Below are positions 27,032 through 36,464 of a DNA stretch of 57,914 nucleotides, piece by piece (positions within the stretch are counted from its first letter, which is position 1; each line of letters opens with the position of its first letter). The notes beneath the pieces are model-generated. The model was not told the origin of the DNA. It saw only the letters and a list, made by a program, of their open reading frames with translations, and did not search any database. The stretch lies in IMG/VR virus record IMGVR_UViG_3300044993_000054, positions 1-57,914 of that record. The stretch is one strand, 5' to 3'. The DNA comes from a virus. Lineage: Duplodnaviria; Caudoviricetes. The position numbers and the translations under genes were made by a program.

Positions 27032-27868
27032 TCAGAACGGAGGTTCATCATCCTCGCCCACGTTCCGTCCGCGCCCAATCCCGTCATCACCGTTCTCATT
27101 GCGCAGACCCTCGGTGTTGACCTTGATCTGACCGGAGCGGTGACTATTGTAGATGTCCGAACCCAGCTGAACGGCAGGATGGGTGGCTGGCAAGCGAGCC
27201 TCCTCTGCCTTATCGTTGGGGCCATCAAAGGAGACGGTCCAGTTGTACCAGCTGTAGTTGTCTTTCTTCTTCTTCTCGGTGCGCAGCCGCCAAACATGCG
27301 CGAACCAGGGGAACTTCAGCTTGCGCCCGTCCGCCGTACGGAACATCAGGCTGTCGGCCCGTGTCGTCAGGGTCTTGTAGGCCCCGATCTTGGTGGACGT
27401 GAAGCTGATGACCGCAGGGGTGGGGTTGTCCTCCGCGTCCAACACCATACCGTAAAGGTAGAAGGTCTCAATGAGCTCATTCCCGTGCGGGAGCACATGC
27501 TTTCCAACCCGCTGCTTGGAGCGAGCTTCCTTGACCAGAGGGTGGTCCAGGGGATAGGTCGCCACCAGCCCCCCGCCCTTCTCGCGCGGTACCCACTCGG
27601 TATACACATGGTCACGGCAGACGGGCACGAAGCGGATGCCCACATCACCCGGGGTCAGCTCCTTGGTGGCCTTGTTGATGATCATCCCGGGGCGAGCTTC
27701 CTTCAGATCATCCAGCTCGGGGCTCTGACCCTGAAGAATGTCGAAGAAAGGAAGCCCCTTGTCCTCGCTGGTGATGTCCTCAAGGCCCTGGCCGGCAAAT
27801 TCTTCGTAACCGGCCCAATCGGCGGGCAACCCCGCCTGACTTTTCACAGCAACTTCGGTCTTGGCCAT
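27032..27868 (-). CDS. Putative single-stranded DNA-binding protein
   Basis: Replication-module position; acidic C-terminal tail EDDEPPF; start reassigned to MAKTEV. Confidence 0.55.
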   Translation of the reverse strand: MAKTEVAVKSQAGLPADWAGYEEFAGQGLEDITSEDKGLPFFDILQGQSPELDDLKEARPGMIINKATKELTPGDVGIRFVPVCRDHVYTEWVPREKGGGLVATYPLDHPLVKEARSKQRVGKHVLPHGNELIETFYLYGMVLDAEDNPTPAVISFTSTKIGAYKTLTTRADSLMFRTADGRKLKFPWFAHVWRLRTEKKKKDNYSWYNWTVSFDGPNDKAEEARLPATHPAVQLGSDIYNSHRSGQIKVNTEGLRNENGDDGIGRGRNVGEDDEPPF

Positions 27869-27967
27869 ATGGCACTCCTTATCTGAGGCGGTTTCAGCGC
27901 ACCGGCTCATCGCGCTTTCCCCCAAGCAGGAGGACCTCCCACCATTCACCCAGGTGGCGGGATACCG

Positions 27968-28513
27968 TCAGCTCTTGGGCTTCACTTCTGCTTCTTCCCA
28001 GACCGAAACACCCAGGATGTCCAGGGGGACATTTTCGCCCTGCGCCAGAAGCTCACGAACCAGAGCGCCAAGCGTTTGCCAGGCCACCGCCTGCTTGGCC
28101 GAAGCGGTGAACCCGAGCTGAGAAAGAGCGTTCACCGCGTCATTGACTCGCTGTTGATCAACTTTCCCGAGGTCCGCCGTCACCTGACTCTTGATGATTC
28201 CGCCGTGACCATGATCGCGGAGCCATGCAAAGGCCGCAGCTTCATTCTCCTTGGAAGGTTGCCCCCGGACCAACTGTTTGATGGACACCTTGAGCCCGTC
28301 CGATGTGATGAGCTCCTTCTGACCGGCATCCTTCATGAGCTCGGGGAGAACTTCGCGCTGAAGAAACTCAAGCTGATACTTAGCCGCCTTGAGCTCTTCC
28401 TCCTTTTGGAGGACCAGTTGGCGCGCGGCGATAATGTCCCTGGCCGTCGCTGCGATCTGAGCGAGGATGTTGTCCCCGAGAGGCGTTTGAGCCATTTGTT
28501 CGTAGCTAGTCAT
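27968..28513 (-). CDS. Conserved phage replication-module protein (coiled coil)
   Basis: LPELM...AFAWLRDHGHGGIIK...WQTL pattern; AAGGAG RBS. Confidence 0.6.
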   Translation of the reverse strand: MTSYEQMAQTPLGDNILAQIAATARDIIAARQLVLQKEEELKAAKYQLEFLQREVLPELMKDAGQKELITSDGLKVSIKQLVRGQPSKENEAAAFAWLRDHGHGGIIKSQVTADLGKVDQQRVNDAVNALSQLGFTASAKQAVAWQTLGALVRELLAQGENVPLDILGVSVWEEAEVKPKS

Positions 28514-28541
28514 GTTATGCTCCTTTTCTCTACTCCAAAGC

Positions 28542-28913
28542 CTAGTCCAGAAAGTCCTCGGTGTCAAGCTCAAACACTTGTGCCGATACCGGAATGTACC
28601 GCCTTTCTTTCCCGCTCCACTGCAGCAGATTCACCCGGCCTTCATTTACGTCCGCCGCGATGGCCGTGGCCCAGCCGATGAGAATAGGATTGCCCACCAG
28701 CAAAAGATAATCGTCATCCCCGTAGTCGCGCAAGCCACGCCAAAGCTCGGGGATGATCTTTTCAGGATGAAAAGGCGCGGCAGTGGGAGTCAGCAAATAC
28801 CGGAGCTCACCATGTTCCTCCGCCGGGGAAAGATCGAACTTGCTGACATACTCCCCAGTCTCTCGATCATACCGCCGTTGATCCTGAACCACATAGACGG
28901 TCATCGCAACCAC
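28542..28913 (-). CDS. Conserved hypothetical protein
   Basis: 123-aa ORF, DDYLLLVGNP..IG motif. Confidence 0.6.
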   Translation of the reverse strand: MVAMTVYVVQDQRRYDRETGEYVSKFDLSPAEEHGELRYLLTPTAAPFHPEKIIPELWRGLRDYGDDDYLLLVGNPILIGWATAIAADVNEGRVNLLQWSGKERRYIPVSAQVFELDTEDFLD

Positions 28914-30361
28914 TCCTTTTTCTGATCGCCCAGGATGATAGTTGAAACATCTAGCTTAGCAACTAGGGCGTCAATCGCGCTTTCGTCCCTGGTTCCCGGA
29001 CAGACCAGGTCAATGTACAACACCGGGTCTTCCTGACCGATACGGTGCGCCCGGTCCTCGCTCTGGAGACGATCAATCAACTTGTAGCTGTTGTTGTAAT
29101 AGATGACCGTCTTGGCCTCATTCAAGGTTAGTCCTTCGCTCATCTGAGAGTTAGCCACGAAGTCGGTGGCATCCCCGTGTTTGAAAGCCTCCTTAGCCCT
29201 TTGCCGGTCAGCGTCACTCACGGTTCCATCGTAGCGGACGGGGTTGCGCCCATCTGCCCGAAGAACCTCCATGATCATGTCAATGTCCCGGGTCCAAGTA
29301 GCCCAAATGATGGACTTACCCGCCACATCCTCCATTGTTTCCCGAAGGAGCTTCAGGCGGGGGTTATTGTCACGCTCGATAAGATCAGTGGGCTCCCCTT
29401 CCCCGTCCACCGGAACGTAACCACACAGAACCTGTTGAAGGCGGAGCATGCGTGTGATGGCAAGGGGAGCGGTAATGAGCTCCCCCGTCTCAAGCCAGGC
29501 CATGAAATCCTTCTCCACGCTATCGTACACCCTCCGCTGAGCCGGAGACATCTCATAGTAACGCTTAGTGTAGAGCTTAGGCGGAAGGTCCAGAACCTCA
29601 TCTTTCGTCACGCGGGAGCTGATGCGCTTTATCGTCTCCGCGAGCTCATCAAGGTTCTGATAGCCCACCAGCACATCATACTCTCGCCCTTGCTTACGGT
29701 TCCAGCCCTTGTCCCACACACCGAAGTAGGCTTTGAAGGCGGTGAAGGACGCAATATCCAACTCCCGCTTCCAGAAGTCCGGGTCAATGAAGCTGATCTG
29801 GGTGTAAATATCAAATGGTCCGTTTGTCACTGGCGTTCCGCTCAACACCCGCCGGTAAGTCGCGTGTTTTCCTCCCGCAAGGATAGAGCGAGTGCGGCGA
29901 GCGGTAGGGGTCTTGATCCTGTGACTTTCGTCAAGCACCAGCATCAGCTTCCTACGCTTCATGAGCTTCCAAACCAGCTTCTTTCCCCGATCTGTCATCC
30001 AGGCGTCATAGCTGATGGCTAGGACGCTCAGACCAGTGTGAGACAGGAGCGCTTCGCAGTCCCGCTCATGCCATTTAGCCGTCGCACTCTGAGAGCTATA
30101 AGCGAAGGCGCGAAGCGGTACTGAAGGAGGAAGATGCCGAGGTAACTCATCCGTGATCCAGTTACGATGAACCCCGTTGGGCGCGACCACGATGGCCGCG
30201 TCAACCTTTCCGTTGACGTAAAGATGCCCAAGGGTGTCGATGATCAGTTTCGACTTTCCAGTACCCTGTTCCCAGAACAGGGCAAAGGATGTCAAGTCTC
30301 GGGAAGTCTCCCAAACCTTCAACTGATGCGCAAAGGGTTTGGTGTGCGGCTGATAGCCCAT
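28901..30361 (-). CDS. SNF2-like SF2 helicase
   Basis: EQGTGKS, LDESHRIK, LSGTP, EGLTL, QSEDRAHRIGQ. Confidence 0.92.
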   Translation of the reverse strand: MGYQPHTKPFAHQLKVWETSRDLTSFALFWEQGTGKSKLIIDTLGHLYVNGKVDAAIVVAPNGVHRNWITDELPRHLPPSVPLRAFAYSSQSATAKWHERDCEALLSHTGLSVLAISYDAWMTDRGKKLVWKLMKRRKLMLVLDESHRIKTPTARRTRSILAGGKHATYRRVLSGTPVTNGPFDIYTQISFIDPDFWKRELDIASFTAFKAYFGVWDKGWNRKQGREYDVLVGYQNLDELAETIKRISSRVTKDEVLDLPPKLYTKRYYEMSPAQRRVYDSVEKDFMAWLETGELITAPLAITRMLRLQQVLCGYVPVDGEGEPTDLIERDNNPRLKLLRETMEDVAGKSIIWATWTRDIDMIMEVLRADGRNPVRYDGTVSDADRQRAKEAFKHGDATDFVANSQMSEGLTLNEAKTVIYYNNSYKLIDRLQSEDRAHRIGQEDPVLYIDLVCPGTRDESAIDALVAKLDVSTIILGDQKKEWLR

Positions 30362-30430
30362 AGGGATGGTCCTCCATTTCTCTCGCGCCACTATATACTC
30401 AGGAAGGGGAGGAAGGAAGTCCTACCACAT

Positions 30431-30708
30431 GCGGAACTGCTTTCTTAACGTCGCAGCCTTCGATCAGTGAACCTTAAGACGCATAAGCAGTTGACCCCCC
30501 AGGGGAATAATAACTTTCTTAACCCCCTTAAGAAAAGAAAGGGGAGGTAGAAAACTCCAGCGGGCACGGGCGAACTTAAGACCAGTTAAGAACGTTAAGA
30601 ACGTTATTCCCCAATGAATTATCTGTTCGCGCTCATGGGCTTCTGCGTCTTAACGTTCAGACCCACAGTCTCTGAACGTTATTCCCCAAGATTGGACCTT
30701 AAGACGGC
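30431..30708. repeat. Complete copy of the 278-bp AT-rich element R
   Basis: 30431-30557 = 57788-57914 and 30597-30708 = 1-112; many TTAA and AACGTT motifs and inverted repeats. Confidence 0.95.
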
Positions 30709-30714
30709 GAACCC

Positions 30715-30798
30715 CTAGACCGCTCGGACACGGTTGTTTGCCTTCACTTCCCGGATGGTCTGATCTGTATCGGAACTTGACCAGCTGATGGGCAACTA
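30715..30798 (-). pseudogene. Possible relic of an o-spanin (Rz1-like) gene
   Basis: Frame reads *LPISWSSSDTDQTIREVKANNRVRAV*, bounded by TAG codons, directly after the holin. Confidence 0.3.
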
Positions 30799-30817
30799 CA
30801 AAGCAAAGACAGACAGC

Positions 30818-31030
30818 TCATACCTTTCCGATCCGCTTGGTTGCGCGGATGCGCCCCCAAATGGCGAGGATACCGCCCAAAGCGGAGCTGATACCTAGAA
30901 GGGCATCCGCTAGGATAGATTGGTCCGCTTCGCTGAGGGTTATACCGAACAGGGTAGCGATGCCTGCTAGGAGCGCCACGATACCGCCCCACACAGTCCT
31001 AGATGCCCAGATGCTCTTGGTCTCTTCCAT
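30818..31030 (-). CDS. Holin-like membrane protein
   Basis: MEETKSIWASRTVWGG..., two TM segments, basic C-terminus (IWGRIRATKRI); directly after the endolysin. Confidence 0.75.
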   Translation of the reverse strand: MEETKSIWASRTVWGGIVALLAGIATLFGITLSEADQSILADALLGISSALGGILAIWGRIRATKRIGKV

Positions 31031-31049
31031 GTCCTTTCCTCCTTCGCGC

Positions 31050-31877
31050 TCAAAGTCCCGGGGCTTGAACGTGCATCCAGTCGAAGTTTCGTGCCCGTCC
31101 AAGTGACGTCCATCCCTCCTCTTCCCAGAGGGACCACCAGCGGTCAGCCGCTGGATTAGCGAGGGCTGCCCGGTCGCGGCCCCACTTAAGCTGGTTGCGC
31201 TCTGGATCCCAGTCAATAGCTAAACCATAGGCGTGCATTGACAAGGTAGTCCCGCCGCGCTTGTTCCGGTAGTTGAAGCATCCTCCCCAGATGTCTAGAC
31301 CTAGGCGGGTCCTCTGTTCTTCGTCGTAGACATTGGCCACTCTCCCGAGGATGCGAGTCACGCTGTCAGCCACTGCTTCATGACAGCGGAAAGAACGGAT
31401 GGTGATAGACTTTGCCCAGGCGAGGCGAAGGGGGAACGGGGAATTGACTACCCCGGCAGTACACTGAGGTCCGCCTGCAACACCAAATCGTCGCTCCACG
31501 TCCTTCTGAAGTCCCCAAGGGCGTATCGTTCCGGGCGTCTGAACAGCTTCAAATTGGTCGTCAGGTCGCCACGGTTCTCGGGGCGTTCCAGCTTGCGCAT
31601 CAAACCATTCACCGTAAGCCTGAGCGGTATTGTAACCGCTCCAGCCGTCTATCTCTCCCGGGTCATACCCGGAGTGCTTTAGGATTAGCTGCGCCGCAGC
31701 CACCGCTTGACGTTCTAGGCTCCATCGTTCCCAACCAGGTTTGACCTCCGTCCGGCGTGAGGTTAGCAGGGTCCTGATTCCTGCCTGACTCTTGGGCCCA
31801 AGGTCCCCGTCAAGGTCCCCCTTGTAGTAACCGGCAGCCCGGAGAAGCCTTTGAATATCGAAGTTGCTAAGTTTCAT
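31050..31877 (-). CDS. Endolysin (peptidoglycan-binding domains plus M15 peptidase)
   Basis: Two DG..GP/G..T PG-binding repeats; GCFNYR, SMHAYGLAIDWD, DWMHVQ. Confidence 0.9.
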   Translation of the reverse strand: MKLSNFDIQRLLRAAGYYKGDLDGDLGPKSQAGIRTLLTSRRTEVKPGWERWSLERQAVAAAQLILKHSGYDPGEIDGWSGYNTAQAYGEWFDAQAGTPREPWRPDDQFEAVQTPGTIRPWGLQKDVERRFGVAGGPQCTAGVVNSPFPLRLAWAKSITIRSFRCHEAVADSVTRILGRVANVYDEEQRTRLGLDIWGGCFNYRNKRGGTTLSMHAYGLAIDWDPERNQLKWGRDRAALANPAADRWWSLWEEEGWTSLGRARNFDWMHVQAPGL

Positions 31878-31887
31878 AGGTTCTTCC

Positions 31888-34800
31888 TCAGTTGACTGTG
31901 ACTGTAGCTTCTCCTGGCCAGCCCCGCCCGATGGTGGCGCTCATCTGGTAAACTCGAAACTTGATTGTGGATTGAGGTCCTCCGAAGTCAGCAGTTTCGT
32001 TAGCGTTGCTGTACAGTACGGAAGAGGTGCTGGAGGTCAGCGTGCGGACCACCGCGTTACCGTTCATCACTTCTATCTCATAAGCCTCGCTTTCTTCGTT
32101 CAGTGGAGCATCTGCGATGTCCCATCCATCCCCGTTGTAACGGGTCCGCCTGATCCAGCTCAAGGTCACGCCGGAGTTGTTCCGATCTGCCCTTAGATGT
32201 ACAGGCGCATAAGGCTTCAAACCCACGCCCTGAAACGTCCGCGTCACCTGCTGATAACGATTGTCTGCCATGGGAAGTGGAGCGGGTCCGTAGCGGTATG
32301 TGTTAGAAACTCCTACCTCCGACAGCGACATCGAAAGTACTGTGAGGATAGTTTGATCCAGTAGAACTACCCGTGAACCTGCTGGAACGGGATCACGCAT
32401 CTGTCCTTCGGTTCCCAACTGTCCCCGAAGAAGCCTTCGCAGCCGGTATCGCTTCGGATCAATGAGGGTAGCCTGTACAAATTGAAGTATTTCCCAACCT
32501 CCTTCCTGGTTCTTAACCGCAAGAGCGTTTGCACCGTTTAGCACAGCAAGGTCCGTGGTAGACAACAACTGTTCGTTACCGTAAAGGTCAACAAACAATT
32601 CGTTACCATTGTCCCAAATTCCGGTTGGACCAGAATAAAGGGGGACCACCAGCTCCCCTATCGCAGCGGGCGTTAGAACCTGAGTGTTGAGGTTAAACCC
32701 ACCGGCATCATCGTCCTCGAACACGTTCACCGCCCCTGGCCAAGGTTCTTGAAATGCTGCAAGGCGAGGAGCCCAGGGGCTAGGTTCTTCCCCGGTAAGC
32801 ATCGGGAGGTCCATGAATTCCAGAATGGACCGTCCATACAGGACAATCTTGCTAGTTTTCCCCGAACTTCCGCTGTAATCCAACTCACTGTAGACGGATT
32901 CATCGAAACTGGTTGCCTCCAGTCGATAATACCCGCCAGCGTCTATGCTGTTCACGCGAAGATTGAACGGTCTTCCCTTGATATTGATCTGGATAACGTC
33001 CCCCGGATCAACACGAAGGTAGTTAGGCGGCAAAGAAAGCTCCGCCCGCTCGCGCCCCATCCAGGCCTCTTGTGTGAGAATGTCCGCTTGCGTTCTGGCG
33101 TAGCTTAGGCCGAGGACCATGGGCAGGTCCAATTTCATAGTATTCAACGAATTGGCGTTGATTTTGCGACCATCCACGGAAGCAGTTTCATAGTCTCTTT
33201 CTTCGTCATAGAAGCTCAGCCGGAGCTTAGCCGGAAGATCAGTGGATTGTGCCTTGGTCAAGGAGTATCCGCCGGGGTTGGCTTCAATACTCACCAAGTC
33301 CTCAATCGGAACTGGAACGGTCACGCTGTTTGTCTTGAGGCTGAATTTCAGTTTGCCCTCTGACTCAAACCCGTCAAAATTGTATGCGGTCATCAAGGGT
33401 TCTAGCATTTCCCTCGGGGACATGACCTTGTCCACCACATATCCGCGAACCACGGCGGATGACCCATACAGACCCGAAGTGTCCACGTCTGTCGAGAGAA
33501 GCCCACCCAGGCGGCAAAACTCTTCAACCAGAAGGGCAAGCGGAATAGTCCCCAGACGCCCCGTCAGCCAGTGACCCAGTCGCCAGTTTTCCGTATCGCC
33601 CCAGACGTCAGACCTGAAGGGAAACTCGGGATAAGGGCGAGCATCCCAGGTCCATACGAACATGTTGGCTGTGTCCACCATCGGCCCGTTGTACTGGTTT
33701 GAGGTCGGGGAGTTGTCTCGCCAGTACTGATACATGGCTTCAAGATACCGGCGCTGAATGAGATCATCGCGCTTACCGTTGCTGAAGTACGGGAGCGCTC
33801 CTTCAGACGAATTTGGGTCATAGAAAACGTTGGGCTGATTCGTTCCCTTGTCTACAGCGGGGCATCCAAATTCCGTGAACCATATGGGCTTTGACTGGGG
33901 AACCCAGGCGGTAGGGGAAGGACTCTGAACCCCACCAGGGCGGTTCTTGTGAGTGTTGAGCCACCAGTTACGGATGTCCTTCTGTCGGAACACCCAATGT
34001 TCTCCGTAAGCTGAATCAACAATGGGGGTTCTGACCTGATTGGTTCTGTCAGACGCGGAAGCATAGAACCAATCCCAGTATTCTCCGCCCTCCACGTTTG
34101 ATTTCAGGTAGCTCATGACATAGGGGGAGGTGATCCCGTTTGCAGCGTCATAGTCCGCGTGGTTTGTTCCGTCCCGCCAGTCAGACAATGGAAGGTAGTT
34201 GTCAATTCCTACAAAGTCGATGTTAGAGGAAGCCCAGAGCGGGTCCAGGTTGAAATACACGTCATTAGTGCCGTCGCTTGGGCGGTAACTGTGAAACTCG
34301 CTCCAGTCAGCGGCATAGCCGATCTTAGTGTTTGGACCGAGAATGCTGCGCACATCGTTAGCCAACGTTATGAGCTGGGTCACTGCCGGAAAGTCGGAAG
34401 CACTGGACCTAATCTGGGTAATCCCTCGGAGCTCTGTGCCGATAAGAAAGCCGTCAACTCCCCCCGCCATCTGACATAGGCGAGCATAATGTAGCACCAT
34501 TCGGCGGTACCCCCATTCATTCGGGGAACCCGTCCAAGCGGGAAGCCCATCGCTGCCCGGCGGAACATTGGCCACAGTAGCGGAACCAAAGAAGTTGTTC
34601 ACCTGGGTTGCAGCCGCAGCGGTCTTGTCTACCGTTCCGGGCTGACCTGGAGCGGGGTGACAGGTGATACGTCCGCGCCATGGGAGAGCAGGTTGCTCAG
34701 CCGCCCCATATGGATCTGGTAGACCATTCCCAGCCAATTGATCCATCATGATGAAGGGGTAGAAGATGACGCGCCAGCCCCTGGCTTTGATATCAGCGAT

Positions 34801-36048
34801 GATCTCCTTTACGCTGATGTCGGAGGGTGTGCCGCCGTACACCAGCGAACCGTCTGAATAGCGGGGAACCTCCTCCGCCGCAGAGCGAACTACCCCGCTC
34901 ACCTTCCAGTCAGCAGGGTAGATGGTTTCGTTGAAGTACACCTCCAACTCCAGTTGAGCGTTAGGGTCATCCGCTCCTCCAGGAGTCATCACACCTGTGA
35001 TCTTGTGGTTTCCGGTATCTGTGAATTTGTGAAGCTGGCTAGCTCCAGCAGTGATGGTGTAGCTTGCTTTCAATGTCGTGTTCGTTCCTTCGACCAACTT
35101 CACATCTACGTGCTGAGATGTTGCCCGATTGTTGGTGATGAGTACATAACTGTTGGTCTGCGTCTCTACGTTGTGAAAAGGCTGATCGTTTGTCGTGTAT
35201 GCGCTGCGCAGCCCAAACTCCACTTTAGGCTTCACTTTCGCGTGACCCACTCGAAGGTCCCCGGAAAACCAGCTGACCACCAGAAGAACCGCCCCCATGT
35301 TCGGGGCGCTGTTCTCTAGAATGTCCAAAGACCTTACAGCGTTGGCAATGCCTTCCCCGTTGTGGGTGTTTTCCGAATACACCCCACCCCTTCCGTCATC
35401 GCGTAGATAAGTTGTTGTACCATATGCAAACTCACCCGATGCGGGAATAAGGCAGACGCCCTCCAGAAGCTCTTCCAAGTCATCCGGGCCAAGGCTATCC
35501 AGAGGCTTAATGATCTCCGCCGTGATTTGTGGGATGCGTCTGCCGTAGTCCTCCAGCTGAAAGCGTTCAAACATCAGATAGCAAAGTCCCCTATACGCGG
35601 GAACCTTGTTTACTCCTTCAATTGTTTGCATGTAGGGATCAGGAGGTTGATCCTGGGTTCCCCGGTAGAAGCGAATAGTGTGCTTAGACAGATCCAAAAG
35701 TTTCCCGTCTGCCCAAACCCGTCCGAGCTGGACATTAGGTCCGCCTTCGCAAAAGCCTACAGCAAATGAACAATCATAGCTGTAAGTTGTCGTGGTCTGC
35801 TTAGGACCGGAACCCTTCCCGGACTTTTGTGTAGTTTTGGTGACTGTCTCCTTGAACTTCGTGGCCCAGAAAAGGTTTCCGCCAAGACGCATTCGCCCGT
35901 ACAGACGGGCGATGTCTAGTCCTTCGGTGGAGGACGTGATTTGGGCTTCCTTAAGCCGCGAGCCTTCCACATTTGTGTCGGGCATGAGCGCCCGATTGAG
36001 AAAGTAAAGGCCTGTGTTGACCGCAAGACCGAGAAGGAGAGTGGCCAT
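31888..36048 (-). CDS. GTA-type central tail protein (megatron; GTA TIM-barrel plus phage tail domain)
   Basis: YGRMRLGGN, VPAYRG, GEFAY, YAADWSE, IDNYLPLSDWR, WFTEFGC, WTWDARPYP, HWLTGR; start MATLLL. Confidence 0.9.
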   Translation of the reverse strand: MATLLLGLAVNTGLYFLNRALMPDTNVEGSRLKEAQITSSTEGLDIARLYGRMRLGGNLFWATKFKETVTKTTQKSGKGSGPKQTTTTYSYDCSFAVGFCEGGPNVQLGRVWADGKLLDLSKHTIRFYRGTQDQPPDPYMQTIEGVNKVPAYRGLCYLMFERFQLEDYGRRIPQITAEIIKPLDSLGPDDLEELLEGVCLIPASGEFAYGTTTYLRDDGRGGVYSENTHNGEGIANAVRSLDILENSAPNMGAVLLVVSWFSGDLRVGHAKVKPKVEFGLRSAYTTNDQPFHNVETQTNSYVLITNNRATSQHVDVKLVEGTNTTLKASYTITAGASQLHKFTDTGNHKITGVMTPGGADDPNAQLELEVYFNETIYPADWKVSGVVRSAAEEVPRYSDGSLVYGGTPSDISVKEIIADIKARGWRVIFYPFIMMDQLAGNGLPDPYGAAEQPALPWRGRITCHPAPGQPGTVDKTAAAATQVNNFFGSATVANVPPGSDGLPAWTGSPNEWGYRRMVLHYARLCQMAGGVDGFLIGTELRGITQIRSSASDFPAVTQLITLANDVRSILGPNTKIGYAADWSEFHSYRPSDGTNDVYFNLDPLWASSNIDFVGIDNYLPLSDWRDGTNHADYDAANGITSPYVMSYLKSNVEGGEYWDWFYASASDRTNQVRTPIVDSAYGEHWVFRQKDIRNWWLNTHKNRPGGVQSPSPTAWVPQSKPIWFTEFGCPAVDKGTNQPNVFYDPNSSEGALPYFSNGKRDDLIQRRYLEAMYQYWRDNSPTSNQYNGPMVDTANMFVWTWDARPYPEFPFRSDVWGDTENWRLGHWLTGRLGTIPLALLVEEFCRLGGLLSTDVDTSGLYGSSAVVRGYVVDKVMSPREMLEPLMTAYNFDGFESEGKLKFSLKTNSVTVPVPIEDLVSIEANPGGYSLTKAQSTDLPAKLRLSFYDEERDYETASVDGRKINANSLNTMKLDLPMVLGLSYARTQADILTQEAWMGRERAELSLPPNYLRVDPGDVIQINIKGRPFNLRVNSIDAGGYYRLEATSFDESVYSELDYSGSSGKTSKIVLYGRSILEFMDLPMLTGEEPSPWAPRLAAFQEPWPGAVNVFEDDDAGGFNLNTQVLTPAAIGELVVPLYSGPTGIWDNGNELFVDLYGNEQLLSTTDLAVLNGANALAVKNQEGGWEILQFVQATLIDPKRYRLRRLLRGQLGTEGQMRDPVPAGSRVVLLDQTILTVLSMSLSEVGVSNTYRYGPAPLPMADNRYQQVTRTFQGVGLKPYAPVHLRADRNNSGVTLSWIRRTRYNGDGWDIADAPLNEESEAYEIEVMNGNAVVRTLTSSTSSVLYSNANETADFGGPQSTIKFRVYQMSATIGRGWPGEATVTVN

Positions 36049-36464
36049 CAGCGAACCTCCGGGAAGTTGAACCGTCCCGCGACACGGCGCAACCACCAAT
36101 CAGTCAGCGCGACCTCATGAACCCCGTGGCCGGTATGAGAGTGGATCAAGGTGCCCTCGCCCGAAGCGATACCACAATGCTTTGCGACCATACCCCGACG
36201 CATCCTGAATACCAATACCGTTCCTGCGCTCACTTCTGTTGTCGGGATAAGGTAGCTATGGCAGATGCGCAACATATCTTCGCGCCCCTGCGCCTCATCC
36301 CAGTCTGGGCTATAGGGCTGCATGGGCTCCGGTTCCTCGCCTACAAGCTCGCGCCAAACGCCCCGAAGAAGTCCAAGGCAATCGCAACCTACACCTTTCA
36401 GGCTAGCCTGATGATGGTAGGGCGTTCCGATCCATTCCCGAGCGGATTCAACCACGGCGCTCAA
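36048..36464 (-). CDS. NlpC/P60 tail peptidase (GTA-like)
   Basis: WIGTPYHHQAS..GCDCLGLLRGVWR, KHCGI. Confidence 0.9.
   Translation of the reverse strand: MSAVVESAREWIGTPYHHQASLKGVGCDCLGLLRGVWRELVGEEPEPMQPYSPDWDEAQGREDMLRICHSYLIPTTEVSAGTVLVFRMRRGMVAKHCGIASGEGTLIHSHTGHGVHEVALTDWWLRRVAGRFNFPEVR

Noticed and set aside
30575-30600. CtrA boxes (TTAA-N7-TTAA) in repeat R
   Set aside because: Spacings between adjacent TTAA cores are 5 or 6 nt, not 7
30715-30798. Genome-wide TAG recoding suggested by in-frame TAGs in the spanin-like relic
   Set aside because: All core genes are intact in the standard code and TAG terminates plausible genes (e.g. at 28542 and 54464)
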